Below are positions 51,701 through 61,726 of a stretch of DNA of 64,000 nt, in pieces. Origin of the DNA: a virus. Every line of letters begins with the position of its first letter. Within the stretch, counting starts at the first letter, position 1. Both the position numbers and the translations under genes were made by a program. Location of the stretch: positions 1 through 64,000 of IMG/VR virus record IMGVR_UViG_3300037225_000466, one strand, 5' to 3'. Below the pieces are notes generated by a model, which was given only the letters and a program-made list of their open reading frames with translations, was not told the origin of the DNA and made no database searches.

Positions 51701-54700
51701 GTCGATTTTCTTCTGGAGTTCGTCTCGACTAAGTAGTTTTTCTCCGAAAATAGAGTTATCAATTTGGAAGCGAGTGTTCTCGTTGTGGAGATTCCTCAAT
51801 GCCTGATAACCGCTATACGCTTTCTCTGGGTCGAGCCCTAAATGAGCAAGCTCTGCCTTGATATTCGCTTCGGAAGTTATCCCTGCTTTCACCGCCGCCA
51901 AACCTTCTATTGCATCTTTATAGCGAAGCGGAGAAAGATTGCCCGCCTTCCTTTGGTTTGCAAGGCTTCTCTCTGCGTTTTTGACTTCGTTTATTGCGTG
52001 GAAGATATTTTGGTTAGCCTGTATGATTTTGCCAAAATCCTCGTGGCTGTAATTTTTGCTTAATTCTCCGTATAATTCTGCGGTTTTTGCATTGTGTATC
52101 CCAAAGGTTTTTTCTGGATAAACAAAAGTGTTCCAAGAAAATTCGCTTTCTTTTCGATTCAAAAGGGTCTTGAAATTATCAGGATTATAATGATTATTTT
52201 TATTAAAATTTGAGAGCATGGAATATTTTGAATTTGTCCTATCAGGCTGTTGCTCTTGCATCCCTTTGTTAACTTCACCTGCTGGAGTATTTTTGAAATA
52301 CTCGTCTAAAGCACTGAGCTTTTTGCCTGTTTCGTGGGGCTTAGTCCCTCTGATTGATTTATAGACCTGTTTTATCCCTTCGGGGATATTGGCAGGGAAG
52401 GAATAAAGTAAACCCGAAAATGAGCCTTCGTTATTTTTTGCTATCTCTGAATTTTTTGTAGCTTTTTCTACGCCCAAAGCCTCGGAAGGTATATCTAATT
52501 TATTATTTTTATATAAATCATCCATCATTTTATATAATTCTGGATGAGCTTTAAACACCTCTTTCGCTATATTCAAAACGTTTTTATGCACTATGTTGGG
52601 ATTTTTTACTATATGATACATCGATATAGCATTAGCCAGTCTTTCTTCTGCCAATTTATATATATTAGCTTTCGGTGCGTTTATATCCAAACTAATATCA
52701 TTATATCCCTTTGGGAATACTTTTTGCAAGTACTTTATCCAGTCTTTCTTTATGTTTACATAGAGTCCATTTATCTTCCCACTTGAAATTTTATGTGAAA
52801 TAGCATGCCCAAATTCGTGCATTAAAACATCAGCATTAGGCGAGCTTACTATGTTGCCATCATAGTGGGGCCATTCATTGTTAGAGATTTTTATATTACC
52901 TACAAGACCCCCATATTTATCCAAACTTGGAATTATTTTTCCTATATCGGTACCCTTTATATTTTGCCCTACCTTTAATCCTGTCGGTCTATCGGGTTTA
53001 TTAGCCGCAAGTCTTGCTCGTTTTTCTTCTAATGCCTGCCCTTCTCGAATCTTCATTTCTTTTTTATATCGCTTTAACTCTTCGTCAGACATCGGCTCAC
53101 CTACCAAAATAGGCATATCTGGTTCACTTTTTTGTTTTAATGATTTTTCCTCTTTGGTGGTACCAATAGCTACTTCACTTTTTTTTTCAGTTTTATCTAT
53201 TATTCTCCCCGTTTCAGGCGGGTTCGCCGAACCTTTTTTAAGTTTTTCTTCTGTATAAGGTTTGATTAAACCCTTGCCAACTTTGTTGTTAAAGAAATTA
53301 GTTCTATCCCTTAAACTAACAACCCCATCTTTATCGATTGTGAGATACACATCTTTCGGGAGTAAGTTAGTCTGGATTACCGAAGCCCCGTCCCCTCTGG
53401 GTCGAATTGCATTTTGTATTTGCTCAATATCCTTTTGCAAATCTGGGTCAATTCTAACTTTATTCGCAATTATATTGGGATTCTCTTCTATTGCCTTTTT
53501 GTCAATATAAGTTTCTTTGGCTGAATCAAAAGGTTTTGTAGCCGTTTCGAGTTTTCTGGATTCGTTCTTTGCTAATAATTGAGGAGACTCTACTTTTGGA
53601 GGTTCGGTTTTTTGAGTCGCCACTTCTTGTTTAGAAGGCTTGCCTTCAATCGCACTCTCTTGTTCAAAAGATTTCTTATTCTCTGATGGAGGGTACACTT
53701 TCCTCCCTTGTTCATCTCTTTGGTATATATCTGTTGCTTCAGCCTGTGGCTCAGAAACGGCTTCTGCCTCTGGTTTGACCGTTTCTATTGGCTTTGGAGT
53801 TTCGACGGCTCCTACGGGCTGCAATTCCTTTAAATCTGGACTTGCCTCAATCATGGTTTTTATCTTCTGCATTTTTTGTGCGGAAGTCATGCCTTGCGTT
53901 TTTCCTAATAATGGTGATCGGGTTCCATCGATGTCTTTGTGATTCTGGAGACGCCTGATTACGGTTTCTGGGGTCTCATTGGTCATAAGGTTTGAATAAC
54001 GGGTGTTGACCGCTGCCTGCCTTAGAGCCTTTTCGTCGGGAGTCGTTTCTCCTTTTAAGTCTTTGGTGTTTATATCACTGATAGTTTCATTCACATTCTC
54101 ATCTGGCATTACAGGTTTGTTGTTCATCCAGTCAGAAACAAATTTGCCGAATTCTTCGGGAGTGTCTGGAAGCCTTTGATTGATTTTTTGAAACTGAGCT
54201 TCCATATATTTATGACCTTCGGGATTTGAAGTGTCTAAATAAGGCTTAATTTTATTCCCGTTTGCGTCTTTAGTTATCTTTTCTCCGTTTGGAGCGTCAA
54301 AATAATTTTTTATACCGTATTTTTCCACAACTTCTGGGTGGTCAGCTTTTACATTATTAAGGTCAGCTTTTGAAATATTATCAGAAACATCAAAAGCTAC
54401 ATTTTTCTTCTCCTCTGGAGTGTAGGAATCAACAGGTCTGCCTTTTTCTGTATAACTCTCATTCGGGACGTCGGAAATTGGTGCTGAAAGTGCGGGAGTT
54501 GTTGGCGGTGCTTCATAACTTGGATTCGGAACTTCCTGCCCCGCTTTTGCCTTTTGTGCGACCATCATGTTCAAACGGTCAATTGCATCAGGGTCGTTTT
54601 CTATGACTTTTTTGTAGCCTCGGAAGAAATTGTCCATTTTCTTAATTTTGCTTGCAGGCATTTCAGATATGTTAGTATAAGGCTTCCCGCTCTTGTAAGA

Positions 54701-56065
54701 ATTTTGGAAATCCGTATAAAGATTATCTTTGGCAGTTTGCCCAGCTTTATCACCGTTTGCCTTGGCTTCCGCCATCACGTCATATACTCTTGCCTTCCAT
54801 ACGTCGGCATCAGTCCCGAAATCTTTGCCCGCCGCAATCCTCGCTTTTACCATCGGCAAGTCCATAGCTGTAAACATTACCGTTTGCAAAGCTGTGCCTT
54901 TTATTACGTTTTGCCAGTAATCACTCCAGCCATTTGGTGTTTTCCCTTCAAGAACATTGAAAGTCTCTGTCGCCGCAGTTGAAGGTAGAGAGATTGCCGC
55001 TGACTTTAACGCCGATTTCCATATTGCCTTCGGAATAGTATTTGTAGGGTCAGCCCAGATATTATGAGCTCCCTTTATAAATAATGCGTTCGTCATATAA
55101 TCGACTGCGGTTTTAGCCAACGCCCCAGTTGCGGTAGATTTTTGGTCAAGAGCATCCTGTACATTCCCTATTGCCTGTGGGATAGTAAGTGCCGTGCTTG
55201 TGCCTATTGTGCCGAGTCCCGCCCCGCCTGTTGCCGCACCGATTGCTATTGCACCCGCTATATCGCTTGCCATCTGACCATATTGCCTGAGACTATTCTC
55301 GCCCGATGTCCCCTCTTTTAAAACTTCGGGTCTCACTACATTTTTTTGCTGAGTAATTAAATTCTGAATTTTATTGACTATATCCTCATAAGGATTCTGA
55401 ACCCCCGTGAAAGCACCAGTAGTTCCAAGCGGAGTCCGTGCTTTTTGAGTTAATTGTTCGTTGGTCTGCGGGGCAACCATATTAATAATAGCATTTAATC
55501 CCGCAGTTGTTGCCTGCATCCCTGGCGTGATATTATTGACCACATCCAATCCTGTAGTTGCCCAGTCTGGGAGTCCAAGGGTTTGAGTTATCCTATTTGA
55601 AATATCTTGCCCATATTTTATAGGTTTAGTATCACCATTATCGACTTGCATAAAAGGCAGTTTTTCTGTTTTTATACTCCCGTCTAAATCTTTGTAGGTT
55701 CTATAAACTTTACCTGAATTAACCCCATCTGGTTGATACTGCACCGCACCCTGATTCATCCATCTCATAATATTATCAGGAGTGTAGGCAACATTAAAAT
55801 TGATATTAGGGTCAGGTTGATATGCTGACGGTTTATATTGAGCTAAACTATTTATCTTTTGTTGCACCTGCGAAGTTGTAGGTGTTAAAGAACCTGTGAC
55901 CCAATCGGCAACGGGTTTGACCACCTGCGTTGCCATATTGGTCATATTATTGAAAGTCTTACCTAAATCATCAAACCAGCTTCCGCCGTTGGATTGGGCG
56001 GGAGTTTGCGGTTGCTGATTTTGCTGGGCTTGATATTCGTCGCCGCCCATCCATTTATTACCCAT
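48797..56065 (-). CDS. Large internal virion/ejection (polyvalent-type) protein with zincin metallopeptidase motif
   Basis: 2422 aa; Gly/Ala hydrophobic segments, coiled coils, LMHEFGH..EERLA. Confidence 0.7.
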   Translation of the reverse strand: MGNKWMGGDEYQAQQNQQPQTPAQSNGGSWFDDLGKTFNNMTNMATQVVKPVADWVTGSLTPTTSQVQQKINSLAQYKPSAYQPDPNINFNVAYTPDNIMRWMNQGAVQYQPDGVNSGKVYRTYKDLDGSIKTEKLPFMQVDNGDTKPIKYGQDISNRITQTLGLPDWATTGLDVVNNITPGMQATTAGLNAIINMVAPQTNEQLTQKARTPLGTTGAFTGVQNPYEDIVNKIQNLITQQKNVVRPEVLKEGTSGENSLRQYGQMASDIAGAIAIGAATGGAGLGTIGTSTALTIPQAIGNVQDALDQKSTATGALAKTAVDYMTNALFIKGAHNIWADPTNTIPKAIWKSALKSAAISLPSTAATETFNVLEGKTPNGWSDYWQNVIKGTALQTVMFTAMDLPMVKARIAAGKDFGTDADVWKARVYDVMAEAKANGDKAGQTAKDNLYTDFQNSYKSGKPYTNISEMPASKIKKMDNFFRGYKKVIENDPDAIDRLNMMVAQKAKAGQEVPNPSYEAPPTTPALSAPISDVPNESYTEKGRPVDSYTPEEKKNVAFDVSDNISKADLNNVKADHPEVVEKYGIKNYFDAPNGEKITKDANGNKIKPYLDTSNPEGHKYMEAQFQKINQRLPDTPEEFGKFVSDWMNNKPVMPDENVNETISDINTKDLKGETTPDEKALRQAAVNTRYSNLMTNETPETVIRRLQNHKDIDGTRSPLLGKTQGMTSAQKMQKIKTMIEASPDLKELQPVGAVETPKPIETVKPEAEAVSEPQAEATDIYQRDEQGRKVYPPSENKKSFEQESAIEGKPSKQEVATQKTEPPKVESPQLLAKNESRKLETATKPFDSAKETYIDKKAIEENPNIIANKVRIDPDLQKDIEQIQNAIRPRGDGASVIQTNLLPKDVYLTIDKDGVVSLRDRTNFFNNKVGKGLIKPYTEEKLKKGSANPPETGRIIDKTEKKSEVAIGTTKEEKSLKQKSEPDMPILVGEPMSDEELKRYKKEMKIREGQALEEKRARLAANKPDRPTGLKVGQNIKGTDIGKIIPSLDKYGGLVGNIKISNNEWPHYDGNIVSSPNADVLMHEFGHAISHKISSGKINGLYVNIKKDWIKYLQKVFPKGYNDISLDINAPKANIYKLAEERLANAISMYHIVKNPNIVHKNVLNIAKEVFKAHPELYKMMDDLYKNNKLDIPSEALGVEKATKNSEIAKNNEGSFSGLLYSFPANIPEGIKQVYKSIRGTKPHETGKKLSALDEYFKNTPAGEVNKGMQEQQPDRTNSKYSMLSNFNKNNHYNPDNFKTLLNRKESEFSWNTFVYPEKTFGIHNAKTAELYGELSKNYSHEDFGKIIQANQNIFHAINEVKNAERSLANQRKAGNLSPLRYKDAIEGLAAVKAGITSEANIKAELAHLGLDPEKAYSGYQALRNLHNENTRFQIDNSIFGEKLLSRDELQKKIDTETKPALEKVKSQREKWVSDQNKTFKKNNAELQKLKIRLATDNEASPVKIKIRMAELKKANVEIKTQIADKAGPYKSEIAQLKKDVSYLADYDRFQKTSEADHYIPQLNSGGNQWQMDIRQAGVKPEESLIRVHKGYKTRKEMLKNDVAELKKLGFEPTEGSRNEDKLINAKGTVDKMYNHRGEIVDTPIDPATGKPRKVEVEVKSFVPTEMPYRLNQNERNANVLLGYVSRGGKSELDEPTIKKLEGMTPEQIDKVNEIIKSGDSDRFTNLIHRLSSRQSIEQPTPNYAFTHTEMSPKKAVVAHYNNMEHENLRQYDKLQRNATSKTAQKQLLETINNKETGINRHNRWLEEQARQAQQTPRVNPFGQLIGQGTITTADGSVYDPGRWVQGGSNWIGAGALTFNANTYARHLEGVLMNTIDLLKSNGLPTFVPIWEGVPAQIKSMLGKLKAPTFDINVKNSLEKEIDSRVMQSQTIADNLFRSEHTPNLQRGVQNAMLWLPKQAWRNGREVGAIVMRKALMAKYPFEGSGLTEEQYIREIENKVISGIAEAQGSFTPSNTTKIVQGIRNQKLLAPITKFFLPTANNFRHYLIEAQKALHADPLKAGGIVDFTTRSFLRMFMHGVRALPALGILYDGLRQIGGDNKDEPSVTKETGTEAIWRHIENGLEKVGIDRTLAKSLRQATEYNVLSMLMDRDFSLHDVLGQIGNPFMLSSIIKIINEVSDGNKSVSQKLWGALTQGGIVPPVAQRGIEAYFNLSGGKKLDKEGAPTGDYKWYNALQDVGLGKPLHQKWEAELMREDKNPTNTPALQARYIKKTLGVGGVEIIVDGVKRNKDSAERELLANEQEGGKPILNADKLKNDIIDAWKETKDEYKAKIKEIDDKLDDPTFRQELYSKIHPSENYQTPGTSDVEFKKVIEGAKSAVRREYEAMAVQSAYEKQSESGVQVRYRKSNKPNINLQYFLENK

Positions 56066-56075
56066 ATTCTACCTT

Positions 56076-57425
56076 TTAATATTCAAAATGTCCTATACCC
56101 CACCTGTGAGCCGCCTGTAAAGCACCGAATGTTCTGCCGACCGTTCTTATAATATGTTCGCCTACTTGATGGGCGTCTATATATTTATCTTTCTGAAACG
56201 TATCATTATGCCCATGATAAATAGGAAGAATCTGCCCTGCATTTTGCTTGGCAAATTCCTCGCTTTGGTCGAGCACCCATGTTTTTATGGGCATCGCCTC
56301 TTTCCCTATTGTTATATTGCCATTATTCTCTTTCACTATATCCTTCCAAGTTTTGCCCTTGTCCTCAGACATACTTTTGTTCAATCCCCAAGGTTTTCCA
56401 TTTCTACTGGGAATTAAAGCAGCGGCTATTTTTTGAGAGGTCTCATCTGCATTCGGGTCGTTCGCTACCATATTTTTATAGTCTTGAATCCGCCTGTTCA
56501 TAAAATCGTCATATTTTTGGTAAAGTCCTGAATTTTTCCAGGCGTCCCCATAGCGTCCCCGAAACATATAAGAATTATTAGCCATCTCCCTATCAACATC
56601 ATGCTTTGTCGTTGTTCCGCCTCCTGGGTCTCCAAAAATTATAGTATCAGGAGCCGCTGGGTCAAACGGTTTATAATTTTGCCCTTCTTTATTAAAGTTA
56701 TATAACGCTCCAGAATCTGGCGGTTTTGTTTGTGCTGGCGGATGAGGATTGTGTTCCCTGCTTCTCAACTCCTGAAAATGAGAAATCTCATATTTCGGTT
56801 CAACCAACTCAAAGTTTTTAGGATTCATAACAGGCAACGGTTCTGGATTACCTGTAAATATTTCTCCACTGGCATCCCTTGACCGCCCTAATGCCTGTGC
56901 CTGCTCTGTATTTATTATTGAAGAAAGCGAGGAATTTGGACTCTTTCCAGTAACCAAATTATTCCAATCTTGGAGTCTTTGATTCGCCTGCTTCATTATA
57001 TTCCTATTCTCATCGAATTGTTGCATGGCTTGTCCAATCAGACTTCTCGACCAGTCAACTTGTTCCTGATTGACTTGATAGGGTTGAGTGGCACTTGCCT
57101 CAAAACGCTCCCCTGCATGGATATTTTTAGGGAATACGCCTTTTACCTCAGCTTCTGCGGGATTCTGAATTAGCCCCGAAGCCGATGTGTTCGGGACGCC
57201 GAATTTACTCGCATAGGATTGCCTCGCCCGTGCTTTCAAATCATCAAAGGATTCCTCCCCTCCAGAACCTGTTGGCGGGGTTTCGGAAGCACCCGCTGTT
57301 TGGTCTGGCGTTCTTGTATCATATTGCATTGGCAACGTGCCAAGTCTTAATATTCCTTCTGGATTAAACGGCATTCTGTTTAAAACTGTTCCTGGAATTC
57401 CATTCATTGATGTCATGTCAGCCAT
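56076..57425 (-). CDS. Putative ejection/internal virion protein
   Basis: 449 aa, in operon with large protein. Confidence 0.55.
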   Translation of the reverse strand: MADMTSMNGIPGTVLNRMPFNPEGILRLGTLPMQYDTRTPDQTAGASETPPTGSGGEESFDDLKARARQSYASKFGVPNTSASGLIQNPAEAEVKGVFPKNIHAGERFEASATQPYQVNQEQVDWSRSLIGQAMQQFDENRNIMKQANQRLQDWNNLVTGKSPNSSLSSIINTEQAQALGRSRDASGEIFTGNPEPLPVMNPKNFELVEPKYEISHFQELRSREHNPHPPAQTKPPDSGALYNFNKEGQNYKPFDPAAPDTIIFGDPGGGTTTKHDVDREMANNSYMFRGRYGDAWKNSGLYQKYDDFMNRRIQDYKNMVANDPNADETSQKIAAALIPSRNGKPWGLNKSMSEDKGKTWKDIVKENNGNITIGKEAMPIKTWVLDQSEEFAKQNAGQILPIYHGHNDTFQKDKYIDAHQVGEHIIRTVGRTFGALQAAHRWGIGHFEY

Positions 57426-57436
57426 TTTATATCTCC

Positions 57437-58237
57437 TTAGTCATAAGTTTGTTCCTTGTCATTAACTGGTGGCGGATTGTAATTACCTAAAAAATTCAAA
57501 GGTGTTTGCTGCAATAAATCAGAAGCCCTTTGTGCTATATATGGTGAAGTCTGATAATTCATTCGACCATAAGCAGGATTCCCTGGTCTTATTACAAATG
57601 CACTTGTTATAGCATTGAAATTCTCGTCTGGCATTTGAATTAACGATTGTTGATTGTCGAAATAATTATTTACGAATTTTTGAGAATTTAAATAATTTGG
57701 ATGTTTTTCCAATTTATTCGCCGTATCATTATCTCCAGCCGCTCTCGCTTGGGCTATAAGTGCTTGTGTCTCGTTCACATTTTGCTGATGTTTTATAAAA
57801 TCCGCCTTCGCACTATTTGCATAATTTACTTTCTTGTTCCAAACTAACTCTTTACCGAAAGCATCTTTCTCAGGCAAAGTCTGTTTGTACGCCTGGATAT
57901 TTTTCAAAGCCTCATTGAGCATATTGACTTTTTGAAACTGAGGGTTTATATAAGATGACACATTTGGGTTTCCTGTATATCCACTTACATCCCCCGAAGC
58001 ATCGTAAACATTTTGTATCCCATTATTATATTGGTCTGATTTGTGCAGCAACATATTGCTCTGAGGACTCCCTAAGGGATATTTTGCGGCTTCTTTTATT
58101 AAATCCGAAGCACCCTTCATCTTCTCGGCAAGTAGTCCATATCTATTTTGTTGGTCTTGAATCGCTACATTCTGCAAACCTTCAAAATTATCAGGTTTCG
58201 CTTCTGCTAATACTGGGTTTTCTAAATATCCTCTCAT
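57437..58237 (-). CDS. Putative ejection/internal virion protein
   Basis: 266 aa, Gln/Asn-rich. Confidence 0.55.
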   Translation of the reverse strand: MRGYLENPVLAEAKPDNFEGLQNVAIQDQQNRYGLLAEKMKGASDLIKEAAKYPLGSPQSNMLLHKSDQYNNGIQNVYDASGDVSGYTGNPNVSSYINPQFQKVNMLNEALKNIQAYKQTLPEKDAFGKELVWNKKVNYANSAKADFIKHQQNVNETQALIAQARAAGDNDTANKLEKHPNYLNSQKFVNNYFDNQQSLIQMPDENFNAITSAFVIRPGNPAYGRMNYQTSPYIAQRASDLLQQTPLNFLGNYNPPPVNDKEQTYD

Positions 58238-59184
58238 TATGATTTTCCTCCTAAAGATATACCATTTGGAAATAAATTAGGTAAAGAGCCGTTCTCTGTT
58301 GGCATTTCTGTATTCCCAGCATTCGGATTGTTTGAATAATACTTTTGCCACAACGGGCTCATTGAGTTCCAATAGTTTTGTGCTCCCTGATTGGAAATGG
58401 CGTTCATCCCTTGTTTACCCATTCCTGCCGCAAGTCCAGCAAGCGGGTTCTCAACGTTATCCGCAGTAGCCAAAGCCCCTTCTGTATTCATCCCGGCCAT
58501 TGCACCTATCGGTGCTTCCGCTCCATGTATCTTAGCGGCAAAAGGCTGTACATTCGTGGCGAATTGCTGTGCTTTATCTTGATTTAGCAATTCAGAGGCT
58601 CCATGTTGGAACGAGCCAGCCTGACCTAATGCTCCCTGCATTAACTTCCCAGACTCTCCGAGTGCCTGTGCATTGCTTCCACCAATCCCTTCTCCGAGTT
58701 TTGCAATCATTCCCATTCGTGCCGAGGCAGGTGTACCAGCACTATTCTTGAGAACGTCCCGCAATCCTCCGTATTGGCTTTGCTGAGCTTTCAAAGCCTG
58801 TTGTCCGCCGAGCAAAGCGTTAGAAACTCCTTCTCTGCCGTAAGCGTTCATAGCGTTAGCCGCAGATTTCGCTTGTGCGGTATTCCCCAAAGAAGCTAAT
58901 TTTTGCTGGAATGTATTCCCGACCGCTTGCCCTGTCTGACCTGCTTCGTTATACATCCCCGCCTGATTTAAGGCTCCTTGCTTTTGAATAGCCATATTAT
59001 AAGCGTTTTCCTGTGCGGTTTTAATCAACTTCTGCGTCTGGGCACTCCCTGAAAGAAATCCGCCAGTGAGCTCGTCGATTCCTCTGCCGAGAAGATTTCC
59101 AGCCGTACCAGCAATCCCTCCGCCAAGTAAAGACATAAGCCCATCTCCGCCGCCGCCAAATAATAAATCCATTAAACCTGCCAT
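58237..59184 (-). CDS. Pilot/ejection protein
   Basis: Gly/Ala/Gln-rich with hydrophobic N-terminus, typical of podovirus DNA-transfer proteins. Confidence 0.65.
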   Translation of the reverse strand: MAGLMDLLFGGGGDGLMSLLGGGIAGTAGNLLGRGIDELTGGFLSGSAQTQKLIKTAQENAYNMAIQKQGALNQAGMYNEAGQTGQAVGNTFQQKLASLGNTAQAKSAANAMNAYGREGVSNALLGGQQALKAQQSQYGGLRDVLKNSAGTPASARMGMIAKLGEGIGGSNAQALGESGKLMQGALGQAGSFQHGASELLNQDKAQQFATNVQPFAAKIHGAEAPIGAMAGMNTEGALATADNVENPLAGLAAGMGKQGMNAISNQGAQNYWNSMSPLWQKYYSNNPNAGNTEMPTENGSLPNLFPNGISLGGKS

Positions 59185-59195
59185 AATTTTTCCCT

Positions 59196-61148
59196 TTATA
59201 TTGCTCGAATTTCTGTTGTTCTAAAATGTATAACACAATTTATATCTGTGCCGCCTGCCCCTATCCCATAATTTAAATAAAACTCTATATAAGGTTTATC
59301 ATACTGTGGTATTCCACCCACTATATCCCATTTAATAGACATCCTTAGCTTCCAACTTTTTGCATTTTCTACATTCCAAAAATTTGGCATTTGGTCAGTG
59401 ATGACTGGCCACAACTGCGTGTCGGCTATGTCGGGCGGACTACTTGTATGTCTCACTATAACTCCAGTCCAGCCTAATCCTGAAAACCCTGAAAGCCCAT
59501 GATAAGAAGGACACCAGACCGCTGCTTGCATACTATTGGTTCTCTTTTTCGCAACAGCCAATATTTCCCAAGCGAAAGCAAAGTTATCTGGGATATAAAA
59601 TCTTCCAGTCGCTCCAGGTCCATTAAGTACCATTTCTTGTGGCCCGTCCCCACTACCCGTTGTCCCTAACAAATAATCGCTTCTCTGTGCCGTTCCATAT
59701 CTTGTATAATCGTTTGTTCCATGTGGATCGCCAATAAATGCAGCATGAGCCTCTTGCCCGAATACCCTTACTCTGCCATAGGCACCGCCAGAAATCGTAC
59801 CGACTTGGACATTATTATAAGATGAATTAAAAGAAGTATCTGGAGTAATAATATTATTGTATCCTCCACTTATTGCTCCCCAATCCGCTTCGCCAGAATA
59901 GCCATAAATATAATTTTCGCTGCCACCCCCTATGACTCCCCACGCTCCCTGTATAATATTTTCGCCGCCACCCCCTATCGAAGACTTACCGCCTGTGTCC
60001 CCTGCAACCTGTGGATATATCTGATTGTAATAGCCACCACTAACTACATTTTGCAACCCACACACAATATTTGCATAACCGCCGCCAATGACAGCGTAGT
60101 CGCTTCCCGCTGTGTTCGGTGCCATTATTCGATTGTCTTTACCCCCAGCAATTACGTTCCAGCTGCCCTCCGCAACCATATTCGCTGCTGTTCGGTTCAT
60201 CTGTAAATCTACCGACTGTGGTCCACGTTTATTCCCGCCTACTGCTGTTGCATCTGGGACTTGCAGCATAAAAGAACCTGCGCCAACTGGACTTATCACA
60301 GCATCCATGTGGTCGCCAGAAGTATTGTCTCTATAATGAGGATAAAATTGGCTTACCTTTATCGTTCGATTGTCGGCTACATTCCCAGAAACTCCGTGAT
60401 ACTGGTCATCTTTTGCTTCTTCCCAATAATTTAACTGTGCAGGATAGCCACTTATCCCAGACCATCCAGAAGTTCCAGAAAAGCCACTGTATCCAGAAAA
60501 GCTACTATATCCAGAGTATCCCGACCTGCCGCTGAATCCTGAAATTCCTGAGAATCCACTTGTCCCTGAATAGCCCGATTTCCCACTAAATCCACTTGTA
60601 CCAGAATAACCGCTATAACCGCTTATTCCAGAATATCCTGATATCCCCGAATAACCGCTTATACCACTAAATCCAGAGAACCCACTGAATCCACTTGCCG
60701 CCTCACCACCGTTTAATCCACTGAATCCACTTACGCCAGACCACCCGCTTATTCCTGAATACCCACTATACCCACTTCTGCCGCTATAACCTGAGATGCC
60801 ACTAAATCCACTCGCCGAAGCATCCCCATTTAATCCTGAATAGCCACTCACTCCAGAAAAACCTTGGTCTCCTTTATCTCCTTTGTCGCCTTTCCCTGAT
60901 TTGATGGGAGAAAGAGCAGGCGTATTGTCTACCGTCTGCCCTCCACCCATTGTTACTTGTTTTATTACTTCTGTCGTTTTCTCGGAAACTTTTGTAGTCA
61001 ATCTTCTTAACTCATCATTCGCCATCGCAGTCCCTTGTTTCGTGCTGAAATCAGGGATATCCACAAATGTATTTTTGTTCGGGTTCGGGTCTTTCGTCCC
61101 GCCGAATTTTACACTTGTAGTTTTTGGCGTTTGAACTATTTTCTTCAT
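59196..61148 (-). CDS. Tail/head fibre with collagen-like Ser-Gly-X repeat and beta-helix-like GG repeats
   Basis: Likely start MKKIVQ; GDKGDKGD then about 140 aa of SG(F/Y/I/T/W) triplets; IGGG..N repeats. Confidence 0.75.
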   Translation of the reverse strand: MKKIVQTPKTTSVKFGGTKDPNPNKNTFVDIPDFSTKQGTAMANDELRRLTTKVSEKTTEVIKQVTMGGGQTVDNTPALSPIKSGKGDKGDKGDQGFSGVSGYSGLNGDASASGFSGISGYSGRSGYSGYSGISGWSGVSGFSGLNGGEAASGFSGFSGFSGISGYSGISGYSGISGYSGYSGTSGFSGKSGYSGTSGFSGISGFSGRSGYSGYSSFSGYSGFSGTSGWSGISGYPAQLNYWEEAKDDQYHGVSGNVADNRTIKVSQFYPHYRDNTSGDHMDAVISPVGAGSFMLQVPDATAVGGNKRGPQSVDLQMNRTAANMVAEGSWNVIAGGKDNRIMAPNTAGSDYAVIGGGYANIVCGLQNVVSGGYYNQIYPQVAGDTGGKSSIGGGGENIIQGAWGVIGGGSENYIYGYSGEADWGAISGGYNNIITPDTSFNSSYNNVQVGTISGGAYGRVRVFGQEAHAAFIGDPHGTNDYTRYGTAQRSDYLLGTTGSGDGPQEMVLNGPGATGRFYIPDNFAFAWEILAVAKKRTNSMQAAVWCPSYHGLSGFSGLGWTGVIVRHTSSPPDIADTQLWPVITDQMPNFWNVENAKSWKLRMSIKWDIVGGIPQYDKPYIEFYLNYGIGAGGTDINCVIHFRTTEIRAI

Positions 61149-61726
61149 AACTCCATTAAAGAATAACTTAAACCTACAAAAACTCCGACACAATTGCCCC
61201 AACCGCTTCCTACCAATCCGCCTCCTGCTCCCAGACCAATAGTTATATGCCACTTCTTATGGATTATCATAGTGTCGACTCTTGATAAAGAAAGGATAGT
61301 ATCAGGTCTGAATCGAATTACCGTACTCAGGAGGTTTTCTGGAAAGGCGTAAGAGCTTCTGATACTATCCCCTCGTGCAATCGTGTCAATCTCACTCGTG
61401 AATGGCTTTGTCAGAATATAGTTCTGAACCTCGCCAAATTTTATTATTTTTCTTTCTAAAGATTTGTTACTATTAAAAATGTCCGCCGTATAATCCAAAG
61501 TGTCGCAAGGCGTTATTATCGTGTCATGCAATAGTTTGGTCCTGAAAGTCACCTGCCCCTCACCCTCAATTATCAATGGTGGCTGAGTAGTGATGATCCT
61601 CAACGTGTCTGTCTTGCCTTTCACATACTCCACAGTTCCCTTGGAATGGAATACTGTCAGCATCAGGGCGACACCTAATGCTATCCCGATACCTATTGAA
61701 AGTGCGTAATATTTTACATTACTCAT
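61145..61726 (-). CDS. Spanin-like membrane protein (Bacteroidota phage type)
   Basis: N-terminal TM, DT-rich middle, C-term KKWHITIGLGAGGG...VGLSYSL beta hairpin. Confidence 0.55.
   Translation of the reverse strand: MSNVKYYALSIGIGIALGVALMLTVFHSKGTVEYVKGKTDTLRIITTQPPLIIEGEGQVTFRTKLLHDTIITPCDTLDYTADIFNSNKSLERKIIKFGEVQNYILTKPFTSEIDTIARGDSIRSSYAFPENLLSTVIRFRPDTILSLSRVDTMIIHKKWHITIGLGAGGGLVGSGWGNCVGVFVGLSYSLMEL

Noticed and set aside
48797-56065. Virion RNA polymerase (crAss/N4 type)
   Set aside because: No DxDxD or single-subunit RNAP motifs recognised; host-type promoters are present
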